Assembly: GCF_000025505.1 (NCBI RefSeq)
Contig: NC_013849.1
Span: 2,160,001-2,192,000 of the forward strand
Direction of reading: 5' to 3'
Length of the DNA stretch: 32,000 nucleotides
Source of the DNA: Ferroglobus placidus DSM 10642
GTDB taxonomy: Archaea > Halobacteriota > Archaeoglobi > Archaeoglobales > Archaeoglobaceae
Made by a program: the position numbers and the translations under genes. The first letter of the stretch is position 1; every line of letters starts with the position of its first letter. The notes beneath the pieces were generated by a model. The model was not told the DNA's origin and did not search any database. It saw only the letters and a list, made by a program, of their open reading frames with translations. Shown here one piece after another: positions 1-8,888 of this stretch.

Positions 1-1
1 A

Positions 2-679
2 GCGACTCCCGTTGTAACTTCTGTAGCCGATCTACTAACGATTCCAACTTTGATCGCATTCGTTCTCCTCTTCGAAACTCACGAAGGAGTGTTCCTGTTT
101 ACTTTAATTTTTTTCCTCGCTCTTTTCGGAGTCATGGGTATAAAATACAAAATTTCGAGGAAGATTTTTTTCGAACTTTCAGCAGTGTTAATCGTTCTCG
201 CTGCAGTAAGCTCGATTTCGGGAGCTTTGCTTGAAACATTCAGCAAAGAAATTCACGAGTCCCTCCTTTTCAGCATTCTCTATCCGGCAATAATAGGCAG
301 CCTGGGCAACTTCGGAGGAGTTGTAGGAGCGAGAGTTTCGACGAAACTACACATAGGAGAGGTTGAGAGATTTTTCGAGAAAGACGTCCTTCTCGACATT
401 CTCGCTTTAACGACCTTGACTTTGCCCTTAGCTTCGATAATGTACTCTTCTGGAGTTCTCGTCGCTTACTTCATTTTCGGAAGAGTTCCGGGAATTTACT
501 ACTTCTTCTTCCCTTTTTACATGCTCACAGCTTTGTTCGTTATGATTCTCGGAAATTTAATTTCTGTAACTTTCCACAAGTTCGGTTTCGATCCGGACAA
601 CGTTACAGTTCCCGCTATAACGACTTTAGCCGATCTGATCGGAACTGCCCTCACCATTCTCCTTTCCTTCCTCTCTTAG
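2..679 (+). CDS. MgtE/SLC41-type divalent cation transporter, C-terminal part (5' truncated by window edge)
   Basis: The frame stays open upstream of the listed start (TPVVTSVADLLTIPTLIAF...). It repeats the later motif PDNVTVPAITTLADLIGTALTI, the two-half architecture of MgtE/SLC41 membrane domains. Confidence 0.8.
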   Translation, partial: ATPVVTSVADLLTIPTLIAFVLLFETHEGVFLFTLIFFLALFGVMGIKYKISRKIFFELSAVLIVLAAVSSISGALLETFSKEIHESLLFSILYPAIIGSLGNFGGVVGARVSTKLHIGEVERFFEKDVLLDILALTTLTLPLASIMYSSGVLVAYFIFGRVPGIYYFFFPFYMLTALFVMILGNLISVTFHKFGFDPDNVTVPAITTLADLIGTALTILLSFLS

Positions 680-1717
680 CTCCTTTTCGAGTTCCTCGTA
701 AACGTCGAGTAAAGCTATGAGTGTCGTTGGGATCGTGTGCTCGGTTGCGAACGTTATGTAAGGTGTGAGATCTATAACGAAATCCGCAAACCGGAAAATA
801 CCCTTCGGCAAACCAACTCTACTTCCGGCGAAAACGACGATTTCATCCGCTCTTCTAAAAGCCTTCTTTAATTCCTCTTTTATGTCGGAAAGTTGCTTTC
901 CCGTCGGATCGGTTACAATTAAAACGTTCCTCCTCCTCCTTTTGTCTCTAACGGTCTGATATAAGTCGTGCACGTAAACCGGAACCTCTCTGACTTCTCT
1001 CGCGTAAGACTTCCTCTGAATTTTCAGCCTCGCAGTCTGCCCCCTCCTCACGCCTTTAAGGAACTCGAGAAGTTCGTAAGCGTTTACGTAATTGTAAGGA
1101 GCGATAATCAGCTCTTTTATCTCGAAAGATTGAGCGGCTCTTCCTATTCTCTCTCCAATCTGCTTCGCTCCTCTCAAGTCCTCTAAATAAGGCATCTGAA
1201 CGAAGCTGATTTTTCCGAAAAACTTGGTCGAATCGACCTTCTCCGGAGTGTACTTCTTGTGCTCCTCCTTGCCGTCTATCACTCCTATAAACGTCCTCTC
1301 GTTGACGATTTCAACGTAAACGGCTTTTTCCGGAAAGTTTAAATCTACATCAGCACCGCTTAATTCCTGAATTCTCCTTCCGAGCTCTACGTTAACGTCC
1401 GTGCTCGTAAAGTCGTGTTTTAAGCCTCTTCTCGTTGTTCTCACCGCAAAGCTTCTGAATTCTCCCATCGCCTTTACTATGTCTTCCGCTCTGGAGACTA
1501 TCTCCTTCAAGTCGGATTTAACTTCAAAAAGAACGGGTATGGCTCTTTCAACTTCTGGAACTTCTTTCACCTTCTCGACGTCGTCGCTATGAACAATTAA
1601 AATTCCGAGGTAACCGGCGGGTCTTACTTCAATTTTGACGTCTCCGAGCTCGTCCTTTATGCGGCTTGCAGCTATGTATTCCATTCCTCTCTGAGTTTTA
1701 ACGAATATCATCCGCAA
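626..1717 (-). CDS. SPOUT/THUMP-domain RNA-binding or RNA methylase-like protein (COG1818-like)
   Basis: Full-length 363 aa ORF. N-terminal FVKTQRGMEYIAASRIKDEL and THUMP-like FAVRTTRRGLKHDFTSTDVNVELGRRI; C-terminal SPOUT-like LTPYITFATEHTIPTTLIALLDVYEEL. Confidence 0.75.
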   Translation of the reverse strand: MRMIFVKTQRGMEYIAASRIKDELGDVKIEVRPAGYLGILIVHSDDVEKVKEVPEVERAIPVLFEVKSDLKEIVSRAEDIVKAMGEFRSFAVRTTRRGLKHDFTSTDVNVELGRRIQELSGADVDLNFPEKAVYVEIVNERTFIGVIDGKEEHKKYTPEKVDSTKFFGKISFVQMPYLEDLRGAKQIGERIGRAAQSFEIKELIIAPYNYVNAYELLEFLKGVRRGQTARLKIQRKSYAREVREVPVYVHDLYQTVRDKRRRRNVLIVTDPTGKQLSDIKEELKKAFRRADEIVVFAGSRVGLPKGIFRFADFVIDLTPYITFATEHTIPTTLIALLDVYEELEKELREEGKENGEGSSDQIG

Positions 1718-1744
1718 ACTTTGAGAATTCGTTATTTAAAACTA

Positions 1745-2020
1745 TCAGATAATTCTGAATGAAGGGTAGTCTCCCTCGTAAGCAAGCTCCTTTTCGAACT
1801 CCCTTACAGCCTTGTGTAAATCGAAAAGCTCCTCGAAGTATTCGGAATTTATTCCGATGTGGCAGCCCCGGTTATACTTCTCGTGAACTATTTTAAACCC
1901 TCTGATCTCGTCACCTTTTTTAGAGTAAACCCTCAGGTATCCTTCCTTACCGCACTTCGGACAGGTGACGATAATGCTGAACTTTCCTCTGCGATTCTTC
2001 ACGATTCTAAAATTAATCAT
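1745..2020 (-). CDS. conserved archaeal small zinc-motif protein (CPKCGKEGYL), start corrected
   Basis: The listed ORF extends through a tRNA gene. The first plausible Met (MINFRIVKNRRGKFSIIVTCPKCGKEG...) is at 2020, giving 91 aa. Confidence 0.65.
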   Translation of the reverse strand: MINFRIVKNRRGKFSIIVTCPKCGKEGYLRVYSKKGDEIRGFKIVHEKYNRGCHIGINSEYFEELFDLHKAVREFEKELAYEGDYPSFRII

Positions 2021-2074
2021 GGGCAGAAATATAACCACAACATTAAAATAACTATCTATTTTCCCCTTCTTCAG

Positions 2075-2148
2075 GGGGCCGTAGGGTAGCCTGGTTATCC
2101 TCCCGGCTTTGGGAGCCGGTGACCCGAGTTCAAATCTCGGCGGCCCCA
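2075..2148 (+). tRNA. tRNA-Pro (anticodon TGG)
   Basis: Acceptor GGGGCCG/CGGCCCC, anticodon stem-loop CCGGC-TTTGGGA-GCCGG, T-arm CGAGTTCAAATCTCG, discriminator A. Confidence 0.95.
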
Positions 2149-2336
2149 TGTATTTATATCTTCTAAAGGTCTCGTAAAGAGTTTTTAAGTGTGCTTTTGA
2201 CGGGTTTGTATGAATCCAAAACATTAAAATTATAAAGAGACTGGCTGTCATTTCGTGACAAAACTCAAGGTGAATGAGAAAGAGGGGGTATCCTAATCAG
2301 AAAAATCTTTATGAATGATCGGGAAAAGTACCTATC

Positions 2337-2507
2337 ATGGAAAATATAATCCTTGAGCATCTTCAGAAAATTGAGAAACAGCTTGAAATTCTCAACAGCA
2401 AGATCGAGAATTTCCTAGGTTTTGAGGAATTGAGTGATGAAGAACTCAGAGAACTTGATGAAATCGAGACTGAGATGGAGAAAGGAGAAAAATTCCCGTT
2501 GGAATAA
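2337..2507 (+). CDS. putative small antitoxin partner of RelE-family toxin (56 aa)
   Basis: MENIILEHLQKIEKQLEILNSKIENFLGFEELSDEELRELDEIETEMEKGEKFPLE. Its stop TAA overlaps the ATG of the RelE-like gene (TAATG), typical of antitoxin-toxin coupling. Confidence 0.7.
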   Translation: MENIILEHLQKIEKQLEILNSKIENFLGFEELSDEELRELDEIETEMEKGEKFPLE

Positions 2508-2761
2508 TGTACGAAATTTTTCTAAGCAGGCAGGCAAAGAAGTTTCTGGATTCTCTTGATGAATCTAACAGAGAAAGAATTAAAGAAAAACTCAGGTTGC
2601 TTGTGGAAAATCCTTTTTCGCTTCCGTACAAAAAAATCAAGGGGAGAGAAAGTACCTACAGAATCAGAGTAGGGAATTTTAGAATAATATATTCTATCAG
2701 GGGCAGAGAAATCAGGATATTGAAAATAGACAAAAGAGAAAGAATTTATGATAGATTTTGA
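2507..2761 (+). CDS. RelE/ParE-family toxin
   Basis: 84 aa; MYEIFLSRQAKKFLDSLDESNRERIKEKL...YRIRVGNFRIIYSIRGREIRILKIDKRERIYDRF is a typical RelE fold signature. Confidence 0.9.
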   Translation: MYEIFLSRQAKKFLDSLDESNRERIKEKLRLLVENPFSLPYKKIKGRESTYRIRVGNFRIIYSIRGREIRILKIDKRERIYDRF

Positions 2762-3055
2762 GGTCAGAAAACGTTTATCGTTTGATCTGTTTGATTAATT
2801 TCCTCTTTCTGAATGAAGCTCTCTGTCGTAACTCTGCACATTCAAGCTTCCTGTATTATGTGCCAAGATTTTGAACGTTTCAGCTCATTATACTCTCCTG
2901 ATTGCAAACGCACTAAAGAGTGTGAGCATTAAATTATAAAAAAGAGTTTCAGAATAGAGAAAACACCCTCAGGGGTTATCCCCTTCGGAGCTCTTCTATT
3001 GTTTGAAAGCTTTATAATGCCGTATAATAAAAATAAAATTTTCAAAATTTTAAAA

Positions 3056-3772
3056 TTACTCTTTTCTCGCTTTCGGATGTCTCACTAATCCCGCTTCTAT
3101 AGTTTTAGCAACCTTCAGCATTAGAGTGTAAACGAGGAAACCCCATGCAACAGTTCCGACGACGATGACTCCTTCCATGAACGAGGGCATGTACTCCCAG
3201 ATCTCCCCTATCGGAGTTGGGACGAAACCGGGAACGACCAATCCCATACCCTTTTCAAGCCAAATGCCAATCGCATTTAAGCTACAAGCTGCAGCAAGTG
3301 TTTTAAAGTTTCTGCGAGTTTTTGGATATAGAAGGAGGGCTACAGAAGTTATTTGCATGAATAGAGACAACCAAGCAATTGGTTTTAGTGCGGCGTAAAC
3401 TTTCCCGTTATGCTCTAATCCGAAGAAGAGGTATTTGAGCGATATTTGGTGTATCGTAGCGGAGTAGAAAACTGTGTATAGCTCGGAAGAGAGCAAGAAT
3501 AAGTTGACGAGCATCGCAATTAGCGTTATTTGTGCTAATGTTTCTATCGCTTTTTCAGATATGTACTTTCTGTAAAAAGTATACTTTCTGATAATCAGCA
3601 AAACGAGAATCATAATGGCTGGTCCTGACGTGAATGCGCTTGCTATGAAACGGGGTGCCATAAGAGCCGTGTTCCAGTAAGGTCTTGCTGAGAGTCCGGC
3701 ATAGATAAAAGCTGTGACCGTGTGGATGCTTATAGCCCAGGGAGACCCGTAAACTTTACCTTCCCAGAATAT
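3056..3772 (-). pseudogene. NrfD/HmeC-type polysulfide reductase membrane subunit, C-terminal fragment
   Basis: The frame continues upstream of the listed Met: IFWEGKVYGSPWAISIHTVTAFIYAGLSARPYWNTALMAPRFIASAFTSGPA... An in-frame stop just beyond about 3772 leaves no N-terminal half. Confidence 0.75.
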
Positions 3773-3785
3773 TATTCAGACAATT

Positions 3786-4422
3786 TTGATGAAGTTGAAG
3801 AAGCTTATAGAGGAGCTTGAGTTGTTTGAGAGGGAAAGAGTTCCGAACGACATTAGAATTCTTGGCGTAGCCACTTACGTTCAAACTTCTTCGACGAGGA
3901 GAACGGCTAAAATTCTCTCGGAGTTTCGTCCGGTCTCCCATACGGCTGTGTGGAAATGGATAAAGAAGTTTGAAGAGAAGTTACCAATTTCTACTGAGAA
4001 GAAGCGGAGAAATCTTGTTGCAATAGATGAAACGATTGTCAAAGCTAACAAAAAGAAGTTCTACATTTTTGCCGCGGTAGACGTTGAAAGGAACGAGCTG
4101 ATTTTAATGAGGGTTTACACGACGAGAAACATTCTTACAGCAAGGTCTTTCGTCAAAGAAGTTCTTAATTACTGCGAGAACGAACCCAAGTTTTTGATAG
4201 ACAAAGCACCATGGCTGAGAAAAGCAATAGAAAGTTTAGGCTTGGAATTTAAGCATGAAACCTTTCGGAAAGAGAAGTCTGGTTGAAGCGACGTTCAGCT
4301 CATTTAAACAGAGAGTTAAGCTGTTCTTCTGTTCCATTACCGATAAGAATTCAGTTGTGAACTGGAATTTGTTCTGTAAGTTGTTTATGCCCTATTACAA
4401 TCATCTGAGGTGGTTAAGTTGA
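3786..4422 (+). mobile_element. DDE transposase (IS6/IS240-like) with a frameshift near 4262; likely an inactive IS remnant
   Basis: ORF 3786-4286 (RILGVATYVQTSSTRRTAKILSEF...HTAVWKWIKKFE...NLVAIDETIVKANKKKFYIFAAVDVE...FLIDKAPWL) continues in another frame as FGKRSLVEATFSSFKQRVKLFFCSITDKNSVVNWNLFCKLFMPYYNHLRWLS* ending at 4422. Confidence 0.8.
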
Positions 4423-4892
4423 CAGGGCTTTCAAGTTCAAGCTTCAAAGTTACAAGTCCCACATTACTCCTCTGACTGCTGAACCAAAGATGGATGTTCC
4501 TCTGACATTGTATTTTCTCAGTATAGGAACTTTTTGGCAGATTATCTTTAGTCTATGGAGTGTATCCTTTTTGCAATATCCTTCTCCTATTTTTGAACTA
4601 TTATTCCAGCCAAAAACTATCAAGCTCATTCCTCTCAAGAACATACTTTCCCCACTCCATTTTAACCCAAGAAGAATCTCTCAAAAACTTCTGGACTTCG
4701 TGAGTACTTCAGCATGTCGTTTAAAGTTACCATAGCTCTCTTTTTTAGCCTTCTCCTCCTTCAAATTTAAAAGTCGATAAAACTTTTCTCGAATGATCCA
4801 ATTGCAGCCCAGATGTCTGATTTTGAAAAATCCTCCGTTAGAATCTTAATGAGTTGCGCTTTAGTTGATGGGGCTTTTAACAAAAATTTAGA

Positions 4893-4965
4893 AGCCGCCG
4901 CCGGGATTTGAACCCGGGACCTGGTGATTACGAGTCACCCGCTCTACCAGCTGAGCCACGGCGGC
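4893..4965 (-). tRNA. tRNA-Thr (anticodon CGT)
   Basis: Reverse strand GCCGCCGTGGCTCAGCTGGTAGAGCGGGTGACTCGTAATCACCAGGTCCCGGGTTCAAATCCCGGCGGCGGCT; acceptor GCCGCCG/CGGCGGC, loop CTCGTAA. Confidence 0.95.
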
Positions 4966-5035
4966 AATCAGAAATAGAATCTGATCGTTTGAATTTAAGG
5001 ATTGCGGTAAAACGTATAAATCCCGAGCACTCATC

Positions 5036-6031
5036 TTGATCGTGCACGGAGATCAGGCTGAAAAATTTTTGAATGATAGAAAAATACTCGACTTCGCTTC
5101 GAACATAAACCCGTTTCCTCCCAGAGATCTTCAGGAATTTATAAAAAGTATTTCTTGGAAGGTTTCTTACTATCCAGAAAGCAGCTACTCCGATTTAATC
5201 GAAACCATTTCAGAAACTTTTGAATGGAAAAAAGATGAGGTCGTATTCGGGAACGGTTCGATAGAGTTAATAAGAGCGTTTTTCATGATAAACAAAGGAA
5301 AAGTCCTAATCCCTTACCCTACATTCACCGAATACGAGCGATTTGCGAAAGCTTTTGGATTGAAAGTCGTCAGATGTCAGCTTAGAGAGGTTTACGAGTT
5401 TGCGAAAAAAAGTGAATTTGATGCTGTGGTTGTTTGCAATCCGAACAATCCAACTGGAGAATTTGTCGAATGCGTTGAAGAACTCGACATTCTTGCTGGG
5501 AAAAAAGGTTTTAAGCTTCTCGTTGACGAAGCGTTCATCGATTTCTCCAGCGAAAGAGTTCAGCTCGAAAACGCATTCGTTGTAAGATCTCTAACGAAAA
5601 TTCTCGGGATTCCTGGCTTGAGGTTTGGGTACGGTAGATTTCCTAAGAAGTTTGCTGAAAGGTTCCACGAAATTAGAGATCCTTGGAACGTGAACATTAT
5701 CGCAAAGGAAGTTGCCAAGAGATACTTGCCAAAGCTGAAAATTTTTTCAAGGAAAGTTAGGAAAAAGATTTCAATAGAAAGGAGGTACATCAGAAAAAGA
5801 CTGGGAAAGCTTGATTTCTTAAGCATGGGAGAGGTAAATTTCCTTCTTGTCGAAGGAGAATTCAAAGCAAGAAACGTTCAGAAATTTTTGTTCGAAAGAG
5901 GAATTTTGATAAGAACGTGCGAGGACTTCGTTGGTTTGAATGAAAAGCATTTCAGAATAGCCGTTAAGGATAGAAAGAGTAATAGAGAGCTGATAAAAAA
6001 TTTAGAGGTATTTGTCGAGGAAAATTCCTAA
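5036..6031 (+). CDS. PLP-dependent aminotransferase, threonine-phosphate decarboxylase (CobD)/HisC family
   Basis: MIVHGDQAEKFL...ILDFASNINPFPP...VFGNGSIELI...VVCNPNNPTGEF...LLVDEAFIDFSSE...VVRSLTKILGIPGLRFGYG; the N-terminal HG..DFA.NINP start is CobD-like. Confidence 0.8.
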   Translation: MIVHGDQAEKFLNDRKILDFASNINPFPPRDLQEFIKSISWKVSYYPESSYSDLIETISETFEWKKDEVVFGNGSIELIRAFFMINKGKVLIPYPTFTEYERFAKAFGLKVVRCQLREVYEFAKKSEFDAVVVCNPNNPTGEFVECVEELDILAGKKGFKLLVDEAFIDFSSERVQLENAFVVRSLTKILGIPGLRFGYGRFPKKFAERFHEIRDPWNVNIIAKEVAKRYLPKLKIFSRKVRKKISIERRYIRKRLGKLDFLSMGEVNFLLVEGEFKARNVQKFLFERGILIRTCEDFVGLNEKHFRIAVKDRKSNRELIKNLEVFVEENS

Positions 6032-6850
6032 CTTCCTTCTGACCTCTTCGCTTATCATCTCCGGGGAAGTAGTTATCGCGAACTTCAAAGCGTCTTTGCA
6101 CTCGCATTCTCTTTCTTCTGGAATCTTCGGTATCAGCTTTCTGAGAATCGCTTTTATGTTTTCCTCGTTCTTCGCCATGTTTTCCAAGACGGTCTTAACA
6201 TCCACTGGCTCCTCCTTCCAGACGTCGTAATCCGTGACGGCTGCAATCGTTACGTAGCAAATTTCAGCCTCTCTTGCAAGCTTTGCTTCTGGTAAAGCAG
6301 TCATACCAATTATGTCGAACCCCATGCTTCTGTAGAATTTCGACTCAGCCTTAGTTGAAAACTGAGGACCTTCAATGCAAACGTAAGTTCCTTTGTCGTG
6401 GTAGCTCAAACCGAGCTCCTTCACGGCTTCTATGGCAACCTCTCTCAACTCCGGACAGAAAGGGTCCGCCACGCCGACGTGAACCACCACATCTTCGAAA
6501 AACGTGTCCTTTCTGTGCTTCGTCCTGTCGAATATCTGATCCGGAATAACTATATCCAGTGGCTTTATCTCTTCTTTTAAAGATCCAACTGCCGCTACGC
6601 TAATTATCCTCTCAACTCCGAGTTTTTTGAAGGCGTAGATGTTCGCTCTGTAAGGAACGTGCGTTGGTGAATAGATGTGTCCCTTCCCGTGTCTCGAAAT
6701 GAAAGCCACTTTTCTTCCCTCGTAATCTCCAATCGTTATCTTCGACGAGGGTTTTCCGAAGGGCGTGTCGACGTCAACTTCTGTTACGTTCTCGAAAGCG
6801 TCGCTATCGTAGATGCCGGTTCCGCCAATAATCCCGATTTCCGCCTTCAT
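6002..6850 (-). CDS. mtnP: S-methyl-5'-thioadenosine phosphorylase
   Basis: IGIIGGTGIYD...TPFGKPSSKI...VAFISRHGKGH...PTHVPYRANIYAFKKLGVERIISVAAVGSL...IEGPQFSTKAESKFYRSMGFDIIGMTALPEAKLAREAE. Confidence 0.95.
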   Translation of the reverse strand: MKAEIGIIGGTGIYDSDAFENVTEVDVDTPFGKPSSKITIGDYEGRKVAFISRHGKGHIYSPTHVPYRANIYAFKKLGVERIISVAAVGSLKEEIKPLDIVIPDQIFDRTKHRKDTFFEDVVVHVGVADPFCPELREVAIEAVKELGLSYHDKGTYVCIEGPQFSTKAESKFYRSMGFDIIGMTALPEAKLAREAEICYVTIAAVTDYDVWKEEPVDVKTVLENMAKNEENIKAILRKLIPKIPEERECECKDALKFAITTSPEMISEEVRRKLGIFLDKYL

Positions 6851-7551
6851 TCTTTAATCCTCCAGTAGGGTTTGTTATCCTTTAAAATCTTCTCCACTAT
6901 TCCTCTGTTTTCCATCTCCCTCATAACGTCGAAGAACCTTCCCGGTTGAGCGATCTCCAAGTAAATAGGGTCTATCTGGTGAAGCTCATACAGTCTCCAC
7001 TTTATGTCCCACTCCCCCCAAAGCTTCTCCTTGTCTCTTCTCATCAACCTCGTTATCAACTCTATCATGTCCTCCATGAAATTCCACGGGAAAATTATCC
7101 AAGCCCACTCCTCGAGGTATTCCCCGAAGTAGTCCGGAGTGAACTTAGACGTGTAAAGAAGCTGTAATGTGGCAGTTTTAACCTCTGTTGCTCCCAATTC
7201 TTCAACGTGCTGCTTTGCCGTCATCAAACTTTTGCCAGTATCGGCTATATCATCCACGATCAGCACCTTCTTACCCTTTACGCTCTCTTCGTGAAGAGGG
7301 TATCTTATCCTCACCTCTCCGCTCATCTTAGCCGTGCCTACGTAGTGTTCTACCTTCAAGCTCGTTAAATCGTCCAAACCGAGAAGATCGCAAAGAACTC
7401 TCCCAGCGAACCATCCCCCTCTTGCTAAAGCGACGATAACATCTGGCTCGTAGCCGTCATCTCTGACCTGCTCAGCCACCCTCCTACAAAGCCTGTCCAT
7501 GTACTCCCAGTTTGTCACAACGCACTTGAACTTCTCAGGAAACTCCTCCAT
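6847..7551 (-). CDS. purine phosphoribosyltransferase family protein
   Basis: PDVIVALARGGWFAGRVLCDLLG and KKVLIVDDIADTGKSLMTA (PRPP-binding motif); 4-nt overlap with mtnP. Confidence 0.88.
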   Translation of the reverse strand: MEEFPEKFKCVVTNWEYMDRLCRRVAEQVRDDGYEPDVIVALARGGWFAGRVLCDLLGLDDLTSLKVEHYVGTAKMSGEVRIRYPLHEESVKGKKVLIVDDIADTGKSLMTAKQHVEELGATEVKTATLQLLYTSKFTPDYFGEYLEEWAWIIFPWNFMEDMIELITRLMRRDKEKLWGEWDIKWRLYELHQIDPIYLEIAQPGRFFDVMREMENRGIVEKILKDNKPYWRIKE

Positions 7552-7692
7552 AGTTAATCACCAAAGTTAATCCTTTCCTTCACATTTTTAAAATTTCGTA
7601 TGTGAAGCTCTCTGGGTAAAGCCTATGAAGAAGTTTGTGTTGTATAAATTCGCGGAAACGATAAATTTTAAATTCGAACTACTTGTTTTGCG

Positions 7693-8050
7693 ATGGGTGA
7701 CGAAGTGAATCCGATCATATTGGTAGGTTTAGGTGGATTTTTCGGGGCTTCAAAATGGAATATCGTACTTTCCAGTTGGAACACTTGCCGTTAATGTTCT
7801 TGGAAGTTTTTTCCTCAGCCTAACCATGTATTTGTCGGAATACCATGGGTTATTCGGAGAAGAAACGAGAATATTCCTTACAATCGGATTCCTCGGTTCA
7901 TTCACGACGATGTCCACATTCTCTTATGAGACGTTCAAGCTGCTCGAAAATAAAGAAATAAATTTATTTATCATTAACATAACAGCGACTTTAGCACTTA
8001 CGTTGCTTGGAGTTTATTTAGGAAAAATGGTGGCTTTGTGGAGGAGATGA
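7693..8050 (+). pseudogene. crcB: CrcB/Fluc fluoride channel, probably disrupted by an internal deletion/frameshift
   Basis: An upstream frame encodes MGDEVNPIILVGLGGFFGA. The channel then continues in another frame as QNGISYFPVGTLAVNVLGSFFLSLTMYLS...TTMSTFSYETFKL. Confidence 0.75.
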
Positions 8051-8388
8051 ACATGAGAGAAGGTGTTCTGCTCAGAATTTTTATCGGTGAGTCGGACAAA
8101 CACAAAGGTAAACCTCTCTACATGTATATACTCGAAATGTTAAGAAAAGAGGGGATTGCTGGGGCAACTGTTTTGAGAGGTATAGCAGGATATGGAAAAA
8201 CGAGCGTAATCCACACCACTTCAATTCTTCGCTTGTCTTCAGATCTGCCAATAGTAATTGAGATCGTCGATAGCCAAGATAAGATAGAGAAGGTTAAACC
8301 AAAACTTCTCGAAATCGTAAAAGAGAGTTTGATCACCGAAGAAAAAGTGAAAATTATTTTTTACGAGGGTGACGAGAATAAAAGCTGA
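8038..8388 (+). CDS. DUF190 family protein (COG1993-like)
   Basis: GVLLRIFIGESDKHKGKPLYMYILEMLRKEGIAGATVLRGIAGYGKTSVIHTTSILRLSSDLPIVIEIVD; commonly next to crcB. Confidence 0.9.
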   Translation: MEEMNMREGVLLRIFIGESDKHKGKPLYMYILEMLRKEGIAGATVLRGIAGYGKTSVIHTTSILRLSSDLPIVIEIVDSQDKIEKVKPKLLEIVKESLITEEKVKIIFYEGDENKS

Positions 8389-8413
8389 TTTAAATAAATA
8401 AAAAATTCAGATT

Positions 8414-8788
8414 TTAAATTGCATCAACAATTCTCTTCAATCTCTCCTCGACATCCTTGGCGTTTTCTTCAATCTCTTCAGTTGCAAAAGCTGTCGGCTT
8501 AACTGCTTCAACAACAACTTCGCCGTCAATCTCGTAGACCACGACATTACAAGGCATAAGGACTCCGAAGGATCTGTTCGCTTTCAAAACCTCGAAGGCA
8601 TTTTTAGGGCTGCACGCTCCGAGAATAACGTACTTGTCAAAATCGACACCTATTTTTTCCTTCAAAGTCTTTTTGACGTCGATTTCACAGAGAATTCCAA
8701 AGACTTCTGACTTTAAAAGCTCTTTAACTTTCTCAACGACTTCTTCAAATTTTCCACTCACTTTTTTACCTACCGTAAACATAAACAC
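8414..8788 (-). CDS. DUF302 domain protein
   Basis: FEEVVEKVKELLKSEVFGILCEIDVKKTLKEKIGVDFDKYVILGACSPKNAFEVLKANRSFGVLMPCNVVVYE. Confidence 0.88.
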   Translation of the reverse strand: MFMFTVGKKVSGKFEEVVEKVKELLKSEVFGILCEIDVKKTLKEKIGVDFDKYVILGACSPKNAFEVLKANRSFGVLMPCNVVVYEIDGEVVVEAVKPTAFATEEIEENAKDVEERLKRIVDAI

Positions 8789-8888
8789 CGTTAAACTATC
8801 GAAACTTTATAAGTGTGCCGCAGTATATACATTAGAAAGCCAAATCGTCAGGAGAAAATAAATAAACCTCCCCTCTTTTTTATATTTC

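Noticed and set aside
2762-3055. Possible gene remnant downstream of the RelE-like toxin
   Set aside because: Short interrupted frames with no recognisable motif; could not be supported.
4490-4735. 81 aa plus-strand ORF in the segment downstream of the transposase
   Set aside because: No recognisable family and low-quality composition; treated as part of the degenerate segment.
4966-4986. Small inverted repeat ATCAGA-AATAGAA-TCTGAT between tRNA-Thr and the aminotransferase gene
   Set aside because: Six-bp arms are expected by chance in AT-rich intergenic DNA and no repeat copies were seen.
7640-7700. Possible fluoride riboswitch upstream of crcB (GCGATGGGTG)
   Set aside because: Only a short GCGATGG-like stretch matches, it overlaps the start codon, and I could not fold the pseudoknotted aptamer. 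It also seemed too close to the TATA-like element.
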